A stretch of DNA of 63,993 nt, counting the filler, from Reticulomyxa filosa (Eukaryota > Protista > Foraminifera), in the NCBI GenBank assembly GCA_000512085.1. It is 25 parts of 25 records of this genome, joined end to end, with 100 filler letters (N's around TTAATTAATTAA, not from the genome) between each part and the next. Parts side by side here need not be neighbours in the genome. Positions count along the whole stretch, not along the records: positions 24,740 to 28,663 come from ASPP01003666.1; positions 28,764 to 30,815 come from ASPP01022532.1; positions 30,916 to 32,236 come from ASPP01048445.1; positions 32,337 to 34,125 come from ASPP01020769.1; positions 34,226 to 37,059 come from ASPP01004585.1; 20 more parts are not named here. One strand, given 5' to 3'. The notes beneath the pieces were generated by a model. The model made no database searches, was not told where the DNA came from, and saw nothing but the letters and a program-made list of their open reading frames with translations. The translations under genes and the position numbers were made by a program. Positions 26,221 through 37,159 of this stretch are shown piece by piece. Numbering within the stretch: the first letter of the stretch is position 1; each line of letters begins with the position of its first letter.

Positions 26221-29038
26221 ATATTATATATATGTTTATATTCTTTTGTTAAAATAATGTGATTGTGTGTATATCATAATAGGAATTCCCCCTTACAAAG
26301 AAAAAAAATGTATATATTCTTTCGTCTCACCACCATACACAAAAAACAAAAATATGTTGTTGAGTGTTTGCAACACAGTGGGAAAAAAAATTGAGTGAAG
26401 TGTGAATTCCATTTTACAGGTAAATATATTTTTTCTTGTGTTATATAAAAATATAAAACATAACTTTATTGTTTGTTTAATAGGTGTACCAGAATCCAAA
26501 CGAAAAAAGAAGTTTTAGAAAATATGGTGATGGGAAAAAATGGAGAAATAAAAAAATGTAGAAAAAGATAATAGAAAAATGGGAGGGTGGGAAAATTAGA
26601 ATAGAAAAGGGGGAAAATAGAAAATTGAAAAGGGGAAAAAAAGATATAATTGGAAAAAAGAGGGGAAAAATAGAAATAAATTAGAAAAAAAAAAGATTGA
26701 AATAATAAAAATGGGGGAAAAAAAAAAAGAATGAGCAAAAAAGAAAAATAAGAAAGAGGAAAAAAAATTAAAAAAAGTAGATAAAAAAAGAAAAGAAAAA
26801 TAAGGAAAGTATAATTGGAGCATTGACTCCAAAAATCATTAGTTAAGTAAATAAAAATATTTTTTTATAGGTTTAACTTGTTTCAACAAAAAAAAATATA
26901 GATTGAAATCGTGGCGGCGAACAAGTTTCAATATTTAAAAATAATCACAAATCACACTTTCTTCCCACTTTGTATCTGACTTTGTGTTTCTTCATTTTTT
27001 TGCAACACTAAAATAAGTATTGCTTTTTTAAATATAGGCGGCAAGGAAAAACAAAATTATAGTGTTATGTGCTGTTTGGTGGCAAAATGAAGATAGCACC
27101 ACGTATACTATACTGATTTTAATGAATGTATTTGCATTGATCAATCGTCTGCGTTATCTATGCTCAAATGTTTGCGAAATATTGTGGGGAGATCTCCACA
27201 ACAATCGTATCAATCTTATCAATCGTATTTCCAAATTTGATTCAAACAAGGTAAATCTCTATATATTTCCAACAAGGCATCATACAATGTCTCCACACAT
27301 TTACACTACAGTTTTGAGCAATCATAGTTTGTTAAGGAGCTGTCTTGAAGTGTTTTGTGTTTTTTGGATTGCATAGATTGGATTAATTGTATCGATAGTG
27401 AAAAGCAAGGACGCAACTGTATTACAAGTGGTGGCGCAGTGGCAAAGGTCTCTGGTTATAAGATAGACTGCAATTGAACAGGATCAAGATGAAAGCATTG
27501 CAAATTGAATTTTGGGTGATCCATTTACAATTATTGACGTTGTGGTGTATAGTACGTGACATCGCAATATATCAATTGTGGCAGTCCTGAATGTGTGTTA
27601 TTTGTCGTGGAAATTTGGTAAGCGTATCTATCGGATGGAGGATCCATCATTTTATTGCAGATATACAGCGAAGTCAAACAGCCAAGCGAATTTCATTGCG
27701 GTGTGTGGGCAAAGTTTTGGATTCGTTGCAGTTCTTTCGCGTAGCTGAATCACGTATTGCTGGAGAAATTGATTAAAACAATTTCATCTTTCAATTCGGA
27801 TCACGCTATGAGTTACCTCCTTGTGGAATGTGAGGATTAGATGAGGTTTGGGATACTAAAGATATTCCAAATGGACTATTGGAAAGAAGTGCACAATGCA
27901 CGATGATATTCAATAGACAATGGCACCATTTTCACTCCTGCACTTAATTCAACAGCTGTTCCATTCCGCCACACTTTTTTGTTGACACCAAAGCTGGTGT
28001 AAATTGCAGTTTTATTGCGTACAAGTGTGTTGGAAGTGCAAGATCATACTTCTGGAGTCGTCTTCAATTTGACGACTAGCTATACGACATTGTACGAATG
28101 ATTTGGGCTCGAGCACGTATTACGAAGATCACATCCAATCAAGTGAATACATACTCGATAATTGAACGTTGCGTCCAAAGAGTCATATTCGAGAAACAAA
28201 AGATATTACTTCAAACAAGCAATTCTCCAATAAATGATACAAGCCACTCCACATATTTAATATTGCCATTAAAAGAAGATACTCTGAATGTTATATTTAC
28301 GGCGTATTGCAAATATGTCCGGAACAGCGGCAGTGGTAGTCAATTTTCTCCTTCTTTATTTAATACCACAATCAATCATTTGAATCAATGGCAGACTATG
28401 TACTGTAATAATACAACTTACAAATTGTATATAGGACAGTTTGTCTATTGACACAATGGAAGTGATCGTGGCTATCGTTGACATGTACGAAAAAGCAAAT
28501 GATGAGTCATTGTTTGACTATTCTGTCTTATTGTTCGAATATACAGCCACAGGAAAAGACAGAAATCCAAAAGATCTTTTCCAAATGGAAAGATGATTGA
28601 AGTGAAAGATGTAGATATTAAAAACAATTCTTCGGAAGCATCGTCGGCATATAACACGTATAANNNNNNNNNNNNNNNNNNNNNNNNNNNNNNNNNNNNN
28701 NNNNNNNTTAATTAATTAANNNNNNNNNNNNNNNNNNNNNNNNNNNNNNNNNNNNNNNNNNNNGTTTGTTTGTTTTATTTTTTTATTTTTTAATAATTTT
28801 TTTTTTTGGCTTTTTACCAATCGTAAACAACAAACGTTGCAATTGTTAAATAATATTGCTCCAATCGATCTTTGGCATTTCCAATTGTTCCTTCAAAATT
28901 GGAAACGATAGCGGGTTATATTCTTTACTTTACCTTTTTTTTTTTTTTAAAGAAATAAATATCAATTGATTTTGACTCACATGCAAATATTTGTTATTTG
29001 TACATTTTTTTTTTTTTGTAAAAAAAAAAAAAAATTAG

Positions 29039-30280
29039 TGATGGGTGCATTGAAAAGTGCAATCGTTCGAAAAAAGCAGAACAAGTCTGAACAATTGGAA
29101 CTGACGATGGATGATTTGTTGGGTGCGTGTAGACAGCAGATAGTAGGCCAGTTGGAATTAACAGGGTTTAGCCGTCGCGTTGTCCCTGAAAAATGCTTGC
29201 AAGATGTCGTGTTACTTGCATCGGTGAAAAAAACCATGGAAACGATCATCTATCGCAATAAGTCGGCCAAAGTGTTGTCTGGACAATGGGGGTTTGAGGT
29301 ATTCGGTGTATATGTTGTATAGTATGTTATAGTATTGTGGTCTACAATGCAAACACAAAATGGTACATTATCAAATAATAAAGCCAGAAGGAACTGCTAT
29401 ACTGATTAGTGGACCTGACGGAGTTGGGAAATCCACCTTAGCAGAAGTGATCGCCTATGAGTGTGGAAAGCCAATGAAAGTGGTCACTTGCGCGGAATTG
29501 CTTCACTTGCATCACGTACGTGGTGCAAGTAACACCAAAGATAACGTATTTAGTGATCTCAATACTGGAGCCATTTTGGTGATTGAAAATGCCGAGTTGC
29601 TATTTGATGAAAAAACGTACAATCCCGCCATTGGATTCATTCTGTTCCAAATGAGGATGCATACCACCATTTTTATATTCATTATACAAGGGGAACTTCA
29701 CAAAGGCCTCCTTTTAAACATGTCGCCTGTGCAAAAGACCTTGTTTAAGCAATTTCATGTTATGTCATTGTTGTATGATATTTTTCCTTTTTTCTTCCTG
29801 CTTTCCAACTTACAAATAATAACTTTTTTTTTTTTTTTGTTAATACTGCGGTCCAGTTTACTATTCAATTGGAACATCCAAACACCAAAATTCGCTGTGA
29901 GCTATGGCAAAAGCTCATCCCTTCTCAAACTCCGTTTGAAATACTTGACGTTACAACATCAAAGTCGAATCAAAAACAATCCACCAATCCCATCGACTTC
30001 CAAATCTTGGCGGAAAAGTACCCCAGATTTACGCATAAAGATATCAAAAGAGTGATCGTAGAGTTACTTTTTTTTGTTGTTGTTGAAATTTTTGTTGTTC
30101 AGTTTTATTCTTTTTTGTATATTTAAATCGAATAGAGCGTGTGGTATTGCATGCCTTCGTAAAGAACAAAATCAAAGATATTTAAAAATGAGTGATTTAC
30201 TTGAATGTGCACAAAATTTGGAAGAAAAACTGGAAAATGATGAATTTTCTTTGAGAGGATTATTTGGAATATATATGTAA
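29039..30280 (+). CDS. AAA+ ATPase, C-terminal (probably second) AAA module with a degenerate Walker B; 5'-partial, spliced
   Basis: LQDVVL..KVLSGQWGF, Walker A GPDGVGKST, Walker-B position ILVIENAE, lid HPNTKIRCELWQKLIP..IDFQILAEKYPRFTHKDIKRVI..RAC. Stop at 30280. Confidence 0.75.
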
Positions 30281-31110
30281 TAAAATAGTTGAATAAAAAA
30301 TTTGAAATAATCTTTTTTACTGAGAAAAGAAGCACACAGATTTGATGAGACATTTCCAAAATTGGATTTTAAAATTTTTTATTTGAAAAACAATTTTATC
30401 TTTAGTGTGCCATATTGAAAATGAAAAAGACAAAAGAAATAGTTTTTTAAATACATTATTTTCAGAAAAGATAATAAATTTTCTTCATGAAAAATAAACA
30501 CTTAAACCTCATTTTTTTTGAAAATATCGACAAATAATGTAATCATTTATTGAAAACGTGATTTATTAATGAAGCAATAGGTGCATCATTATTGCAAAAT
30601 AATGACAGCATTCTGGTAACAATCGAATTTATTTCTAAACAATTTGATGTTTATCAATTAAATTAGCATGTCTGAAAAAGAACTTTACGAATTAGTATAC
30701 AAAATCTAAAAATAGATAGAATATTTACTATTACGTAAATTTACTGCATATACTTACAACAAAAACTTAAAATCACATTTGCACTATCAAATAAGTAAAT
30801 AGATGTTTGACAGTTNNNNNNNNNNNNNNNNNNNNNNNNNNNNNNNNNNNNNNNNNNNNTTAATTAATTAANNNNNNNNNNNNNNNNNNNNNNNNNNNNN
30901 NNNNNNNNNNNNNNNTATCAATCTTGTCTTTGGTATTGACAACAATACAAAAAATTTAAAAAATACAAAGCAAGTGAGTAATGAGGCACAAAAAATCAAT
31001 CACTCCCAAAGGGTTTTTCCGATATAATTGACTCTTCGACTAAACCCAACTTTTAGGTTTTACATTTTTCTTTGATTCATCAATCAATTTTGATTTTTTC
31101 GATGATGGCG

Positions 31111-31640
31111 CTAATTCGACATCGGACTTTTGTGTTTATCGTCCGGAGCAATCACATCATCTGCGGCAACAGCCCCAGAACCTTCTTTTCCATTACTTGG
31201 CATGAACAATTCCAAGTCTTTATTTTGAACTTCTTGGGACATATCGATAATACCTTTTTGTGTCCTTTCAGAAGGAACCATATGCCCAAATGTGTATTGA
31301 GATTTTTTGATAACAAATGATGCCATTTGAACCCTTTTAAATATTTCATATTCCACACTTGTCCCTTTACCATTCTGTTATTCAAATCTTTTGTGGGACT
31401 TTTGTGCCATTTAAAATTCTCGCCACTAGCTTTGCCATTTTTTTATCTGCAAACTCGATCCACTCTTCCGCAAATTCCATACATATGCCATGTATCTTTT
31501 TTGGCTTTCCATCACTATTCTCTTTTTCACACATACATATATACGTACACCACCGTATAACAATTTAATGATGGTTTTGCACGTGATTTGAATGTTTGAT
31601 AGACAAATAAAGGTTGAACAATATTTCTAATAAACGAGTT
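31111..31640 (-). pseudogene. ESF2: ESF2/ABT1 (pre-rRNA processing RRM protein) pseudogene-like copy
   Basis: EFAEEWIEFADKKMAKLVARILNG and WNMKYLKGFKWHHL match the ESF2/ABT1 signature (EGWVEF.DK..AK.VA..LN; WNxKYL..FKW.HL). The segments lie in different frames. Confidence 0.75.
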
Positions 31641-32351
31641 CAATTTTTGGACCGAATAATTCTAATTCTGATTTGTATACATTTTAAATGCAATGACACC
31701 CAATTGTTGAAACAAAAAAAATTAGGATTGAATACGGAATTTGCATGACTGGCGTTATTTCATTTTGTTTAGACAAATATTGTGCTCATAGCAATTTTCA
31801 ATATTTAAGTGTAAGATGATTGAATTATTTGATGTTGTTGGTGATATTTTTTGTAAAATATAGGAAATTTTGTTGTGTCATTTTATCAATTAAATCAAGT
31901 TAAAAAAAAGCAACTAAAATGAGATTGCAAGGATGCTCGTGCTTATTTGTGACAGTCGTTGTATGTGATGCACTGCCTGAAAATGTTCGTCACCCTGGAA
32001 CGAATGAAGAGACGTTACCACGGTGCAAGAGCTGGTCAAACAAATCAGTGTGCTAATGATTTGTTATGAATCGTATGTTTATATTTGTTCTAACCACAAC
32101 ACAAGACATCCCTCAAGCGAAGAAAAAAGAGCATTTTTCTTGAACAGGAGGACACTTTCTAAACGAAACAATAGAACACAAAAAAAAGTTCAATGTATTT
32201 GAAAAGGATGAATATGAGCAAGTAATAAATGAATATNNNNNNNNNNNNNNNNNNNNNNNNNNNNNNNNNNNNNNNNNNNNTTAATTAATTAANNNNNNNN
32301 NNNNNNNNNNNNNNNNNNNNNNNNNNNNNNNNNNNNAAAAAAAAAAAAAAA

Positions 32352-33031
32352 TCAAAAAACTTGAGTTTTTTGAATGACTTGTTGCAACAAGTCGACTTTT
32401 TGAACAACCAAATCAAAATGGAGTCTCAAATCCGAAATCAAATGCTCTTGGAGTTGGTTGCCAAAACACGTGAAATTACATCCAAATGATTTAAACCAAC
32501 AATCTGAATGCCGCAAAGGACACTCGTTATCCAAATGGTTTTGCAATTCCTTTTATTTTGCCATTGAAATTACATATCACTTTTCCCTTTGTTTGTCCTT
32601 CTTCTTCATTTCCATTTCCATTTCCATTTCCATTTCCATTTCCATTTCCATTTCCATTTCCATTTCCATTTCCATTTCCATTTGACGTTTGCAAATTGCG
32701 TTTGAATTCTCGTGGACACATCACACTCAATGCAGAAATGACCTGCTTTTACTGTGCTGACAATCCTCATGTGGCGAAATTGGGCACGCGTTATTGCTTT
32801 CGCTCAAATAATGCTGCAAACAATCTTCTCCTACGATCAAACATTCGTCCATTTCTTCGTGCTGAGGACATGTGATCTCGATCGGATTGTTCACGATTTG
32901 TTTACAGATCAAGCAAGTAAAATGGTTCACACTTTCCGCTTGGTTCGTTTGCAAAATCCAATCTTTAGCAAAACAAGAGTTTGATGACGCTGCTCTGATT
33001 TTACCTGTGATTTACTTTGCTCGTCAGCCAT
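32352..33031 (-). pseudogene. RING/TRAF-type zinc-finger gene, frameshifted
   Basis: CFAKDWILQTNQ..FTCLICKQIVNNPIEITCPQH..CLQHYL..CPISPHEDC; VMCPREF; CNFNGK/LQNHLDNECP..CWFKSFGCNFTC..LQEHL. At least 3 frame breaks. Confidence 0.75.
32606..32683. repeat. (TTTCCA)n hexanucleotide microsatellite, encoding poly-(NG) on the minus strand
   Basis: About 12 tandem copies are directly visible. Confidence 0.95.
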
Positions 33032-33349
33032 TTTGTCCTTGCTTTTTTTATATTGATTTCGAATTTTTTTCAAATGACGCACGGAATTTTTTATTACAGG
33101 GTTTTGACTTTGAACCCAAACAAGACGCAGTTGAACTATATTAATATGATGAGTCTTTTTTAAAATGAAAATTTTTTTTTTTTTTTCCGCTGGAGATGAC
33201 TTATCGAAATAGCACCAAAAAAATGAGCTGTGTAATCATTAGATGTGCATTGTCCAAAAAAAAAAAAAAAGATCAAAAGAGGTCTTTAAAACTAGATGTG
33301 AATTGTTTTTCTTTTAAGGGTGTTTTGCAGTGAGGGGGGAGAAAAAAAA

Positions 33350-34051
33350 ATGATTCCGATTCTCCCTCAAACACGTTATTATTTATCTCATAAAATCCAG
33401 CCGGTACATAAGATACAAAAATGGTATAAGCGTTGGGGACGACAAAGATATACTGGATATATATCTTGGTTCCATCCGCCAACAAAGTCGGGGGCAGTTG
33501 TGAAAGACGGTTCCCCTGAAAAAGAGTATCTATTCAAAGCCGAAAGTGTGAAATGTACAAACCTAGGACTTGTAAGGCATGAAAAAGTGGCACTTACTTT
33601 TTGTGTTTCCCTCCCCCCCCTTCCTCCTCCCTCCTCCCTCTAAAAAATTTTGTCGGTTCCGTATGTAATGTGTACTCCTCCTCCCCCTTTCGGGTCTTTA
33701 AAAAAAAAAAGAATTTTCTAAAAATTGCAAGGCACAAAAAAAAAAAAAAAAAAAACATGTACGATAAATGAAAGGCCATTGCAAGAAGTGTCATTCAGTT
33801 TGGAAGAGACAAAAGACAACGAGGTAGTGCCAGTGGAGATAACGGCGAGAGACGACGAAGCATTGCCGGACTTGCCAGCCAACTGGTACTTGCAAGATTC
33901 GGAAAGGAAGGAGAGCTTGTCCAGACTGAGCGCACCGTCGGACCGGCACAAAGGTATTGTATACGTCCCAGATGAAGACATGGACAACGCTTGGATAATC
34001 CCGACAAAATTAAACTGCAAAAAAGTGAAGCTATTTCCATCAGAGCTACAG
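33350..34051 (+). CDS. Divergent cold-shock-domain (OB-fold) protein, 3'-partial
   Basis: RYTGYISWFHPPTKSGAVVKDG..EYLFKAESVK..L|RPLQEVSFSLEETKDNEVVPVEIT follows the CSD pattern. A second unit begins RHKGIVYV. Intron at about 33572-33773. Confidence 0.5.
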
Positions 34052-34315
34052 GTAGCACAAAAAAAAAAGTTTTTTTTTTTTAAGATTTTTTTTTTTTTTC
34101 TCCCCCTTTTTTTTTTTTTTTTTTTNNNNNNNNNNNNNNNNNNNNNNNNNNNNNNNNNNNNNNNNNNNNTTAATTAATTAANNNNNNNNNNNNNNNNNNN
34201 NNNNNNNNNNNNNNNNNNNNNNNNNTTTTTTTTTTTTTTTGAAGTTAAAAAAAAATTATTACTCCTTTTTTTGTTCCCACACAAACACACCCTTTTTTTG
34301 TGGCTTTCTTTCGCA

Positions 34316-34600
34316 CTCGAAGCATCAAATCCAATGAATTTTGGTTTGAACAAAACTTCTCTGCATCGAAATTGTTCAGCACCAACGATGATGACTTGGC
34401 CAACACGAAATTCGTAGTTTTGTTTCAGTTCGCTGGATGTCTCAGCTTTCTTCGATTCATTATTATTGTCCAAAGTAACATTGGACAATTTTCATTAACG
34501 CCTCGCACAAATTCCTTTTCAGATGTTGTTGAGAAGGAATATCCTCTATCTATTAAGATTTTTCTCAGTTATCCTATCTTTTTTCCATGTTTGCCAAGCG
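34316..34600 (-). pseudogene. Actin gene fragment (pseudogene)
   Basis: ILIDRGYSFSTTSEKEFVRGV / KAETSSELKQNYEFRVGQVIIVGAEQFRCREVLFKPKFIG matches central actin ([35 protein letters not shown].P). Frameshifted and truncated. Confidence 0.85.
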
Positions 34601-36865
34601 TCAATAAAGTATTTTTGACGATTTAATCAATGATTATGTATTCGCATCTTCCGTCGTTGAAACGACTTACGTAATGTCTTTAATCGACTGGTTACTTCCA
34701 TGATTTGCTTTCAACTCTCTTCTTCTTTTGTTTTCTGAGAGCAAAGGCCATTGGAGTTGTATTCTTTGTTGTCGAAAAGGAAGCATTACAAAAGCCAACA
34801 TAAAAAAACTTGAACTACATCCCCCCTATCGAACATTTTTGGAAATTCTTTTTTTGAAAAAAGTACTTTTTTTAAACAATTAGTTCAAAAATGACCCACA
34901 AATCATAAAAAATGACCCATTTTTGAAAAATCCAAAAACGTATCAAAATCATCATTTCCCTTTTAGAAAAATTGTTGATTGCTTTTTGATGTTCGCACGA
35001 TAACAGATAAAGTTCTTTTTTTTTGACATTTCAAAAAAAACAACAGAAAAAGAAATAATTTTGCAAAACAATGTTTTATCCAAAAACACACAAACACTAT
35101 CAAAATACAAAAAGAAAGTAATTATCTCAAAAAAAAAAGTATGTACGTACGTTATTAAAAACACATAGATGTACGTAGTAACAATCGGCATTTGCAAGGG
35201 AGCGATTGAGATGGACGTAGTTATTATGATAGAGATTGCCATGGAGATAAGAGAGGACAGTCAAATGATTGACACCATTTGCGGCCAAAGTGATGTCTTT
35301 GCACTAAGCAATGATGAATTTATGACAATGATCGAACGATTCTTCACTTGAGCAGCAATAGGCATTGACCCAAATAATGTCGAGGGCTCTGTAACTGTGC
35401 TAATCAGTGGCGGTGATGATGTTGCAGTTGGAGTGGATGTGTGAATATGTGGTGATATATATATAGCCGAACATTCACAGCTGAAACCATTTTCGTGACG
35501 ATATTTATGGACCTTATGGAGAAGCATTCCTGTTGGTTGATGTCGTTCTGACATAACTCGTTCAGTGTTGATGACGCATTGCTTGAACTGCCTTTCGATT
35601 GATATCGCAATGGCGTTTTGGTTCGCTGGCTTGACAAACTGATATTGTAAGTGTTACTTAATATCAAGTGGTCATTCATGATTTTGTCAAATACGCCTGC
35701 TTGTTTAAGTTTCATAATGTCGTTGATCTGATTTTTTTTTTTATAATTGCATTGGCTTTTGTTCGTAAATTATTGTTTTGTTATTGCTATTGTTGCCACT
35801 GTCGTTGTTGGTGGTTACACTTGACACTGTGCTGACGGAGATCTTTGCTTGTCTCAGTTGCTCGCTGAGATTGTGGATTTGTCGCCACACTTTCTGAAAT
35901 ATGTGGTCCTCCAGTTCCTGGTTTTTCTCTTGGTCTTTGCCATGTCGAACAAGACAACACTTTCACAAGGATAAATGTCGGCCTTGCAATAACGAGTAAC
36001 GTGTTGCCAAAAACAAGGTGTCTATCTGTGCTAAGGGCTGAGAATGAGACATGGCTAAGCTTTTTTTCAAGATCTACGCTTCAGTTTCCTCTGTTTTTTT
36101 AAAACTGTATCACTGGCAAGACTATAGTCTTAATGAAGCTAAGACCTACTTTGTGCATTGAATAAAAACTGGATTTTCAATTGCTAACCTTTTCATATGA
36201 AATGAATTATTAATCCCTTCAATTATATTTTGCACTTCATTCAATAACAAAAAGGCTTGAACATCATGCTAAATTCATTATTCAAGTTAAGTGATAGACT
36301 ACTTTGTATCTCATAATTGACATCCATATACTCTTTTACACAGTAAAAGTAACGATTCTCTGCCAACTATGACCGATATTGTTTAATCACGAGCCATACG
36401 AATATCTTTTATGAACAGATTATTGTTTAAAAAAAAGCACTTTTTTCAAAAAAAAAAATTCCAAAAGTGTTCGATAGGGGGGATGTAGTTCAAGTTTTTT
36501 TATGTTGGTTTTTGTAATGCTTCCTTTTCGACAACAAAGAATACAACTCCAATGGCCTTTGCTCTCAGAAAAGGAAAGATGAAGTGCGTTGGAAGCAAAC
36601 CATGTAAGTAAGCATGAAATGGAAGACATTAGAAAAGTAGTCTCAACGACAGAAGGAGAAAGAGATAATAAAACAAAAAATCTTAAATAAGAGATTGTTT
36701 AAATTATCACTCCAGTGATTGCTTAGCAAGCATGTGAATCACGTCGTCGAGCACAAAATTGGATAATTGGAAAAATCCTAACGAAAAGAGGATATTTCTT
36801 AACAATAATCGACTAGAAGGAAATTGTGCAATGGTTATGAAAAGTTGTCTTATGTTGCTTTGCAC
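34460..36865. repeat. Inverted duplication with arms about 34460-34880 and 36421-36865 around a 1.5-kb spacer
   Basis: The reverse complement of 34731-34880 is near-identical to 36421-36572. Similarity continues, much more diverged, through the actin remnants on both arms. Confidence 0.9.
36720..36865 (+). pseudogene. Second, more decayed actin fragment
   Basis: ILTKRGYFLTIID*KEIVQW / EKLSYVAL corresponds to actin [30 protein letters not shown]. Confidence 0.7.
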
Positions 36866-37159
36866 ACACATACTGGTGATATGATATACATTGTGATCCT
36901 GCTGTAGATCCAAGCCCACCAGAACAAGCAACCAAATTTGCTGCTTTGGTATTTGTTCGAGGTCATCCAGGACAATTGAAAGCTGCAGCTAGTGATGGAA
37001 AAGACAACTAATGAGGATTTATACCCGAACTGCTAAAGCTCCTTGTCAAATGTTGGAAANNNNNNNNNNNNNNNNNNNNNNNNNNNNNNNNNNNNNNNNN
37101 NNNTTAATTAATTAANNNNNNNNNNNNNNNNNNNNNNNNNNNNNNNNNNNNNNNNNNNN

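Noticed and set aside
26500-26830. Purine-rich A/G tract (and the complementary-type tract at 61714-61930) with Phe-rich ORFs
   Set aside because: Low-complexity sequence with no defined repeat unit; the ORFs are compositional artefacts, possibly from poor-quality reads.
19617-28663. Stop-codon reassignment (ciliate-like TAA/TAG = Gln) explaining the broken ORFs
   Set aside because: Conserved genes end at TAA or TGA where expected (ATG8, DSP, polo-box), long exons have no internal stops, and most breaks are frameshifts.
27060-28663. Transmembrane + RGS-domain gene
   Set aside because: Only a weak hint (AYCKYVRNSGS) amid many stops and frameshifts; no family can be supported.
35261-36050. 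Transposase or intact gene between the inverted repeats
   Set aside because: Coding-like but broken by stops and frameshifts, with no DDE or other recognisable motif.
36479-36551. Functional tRNA-Ala gene
   Set aside because: There are no proper D, anticodon or T arms, TTCGA is misplaced, and there is an internal T7 run. Kept only as a tRNA-like finding.
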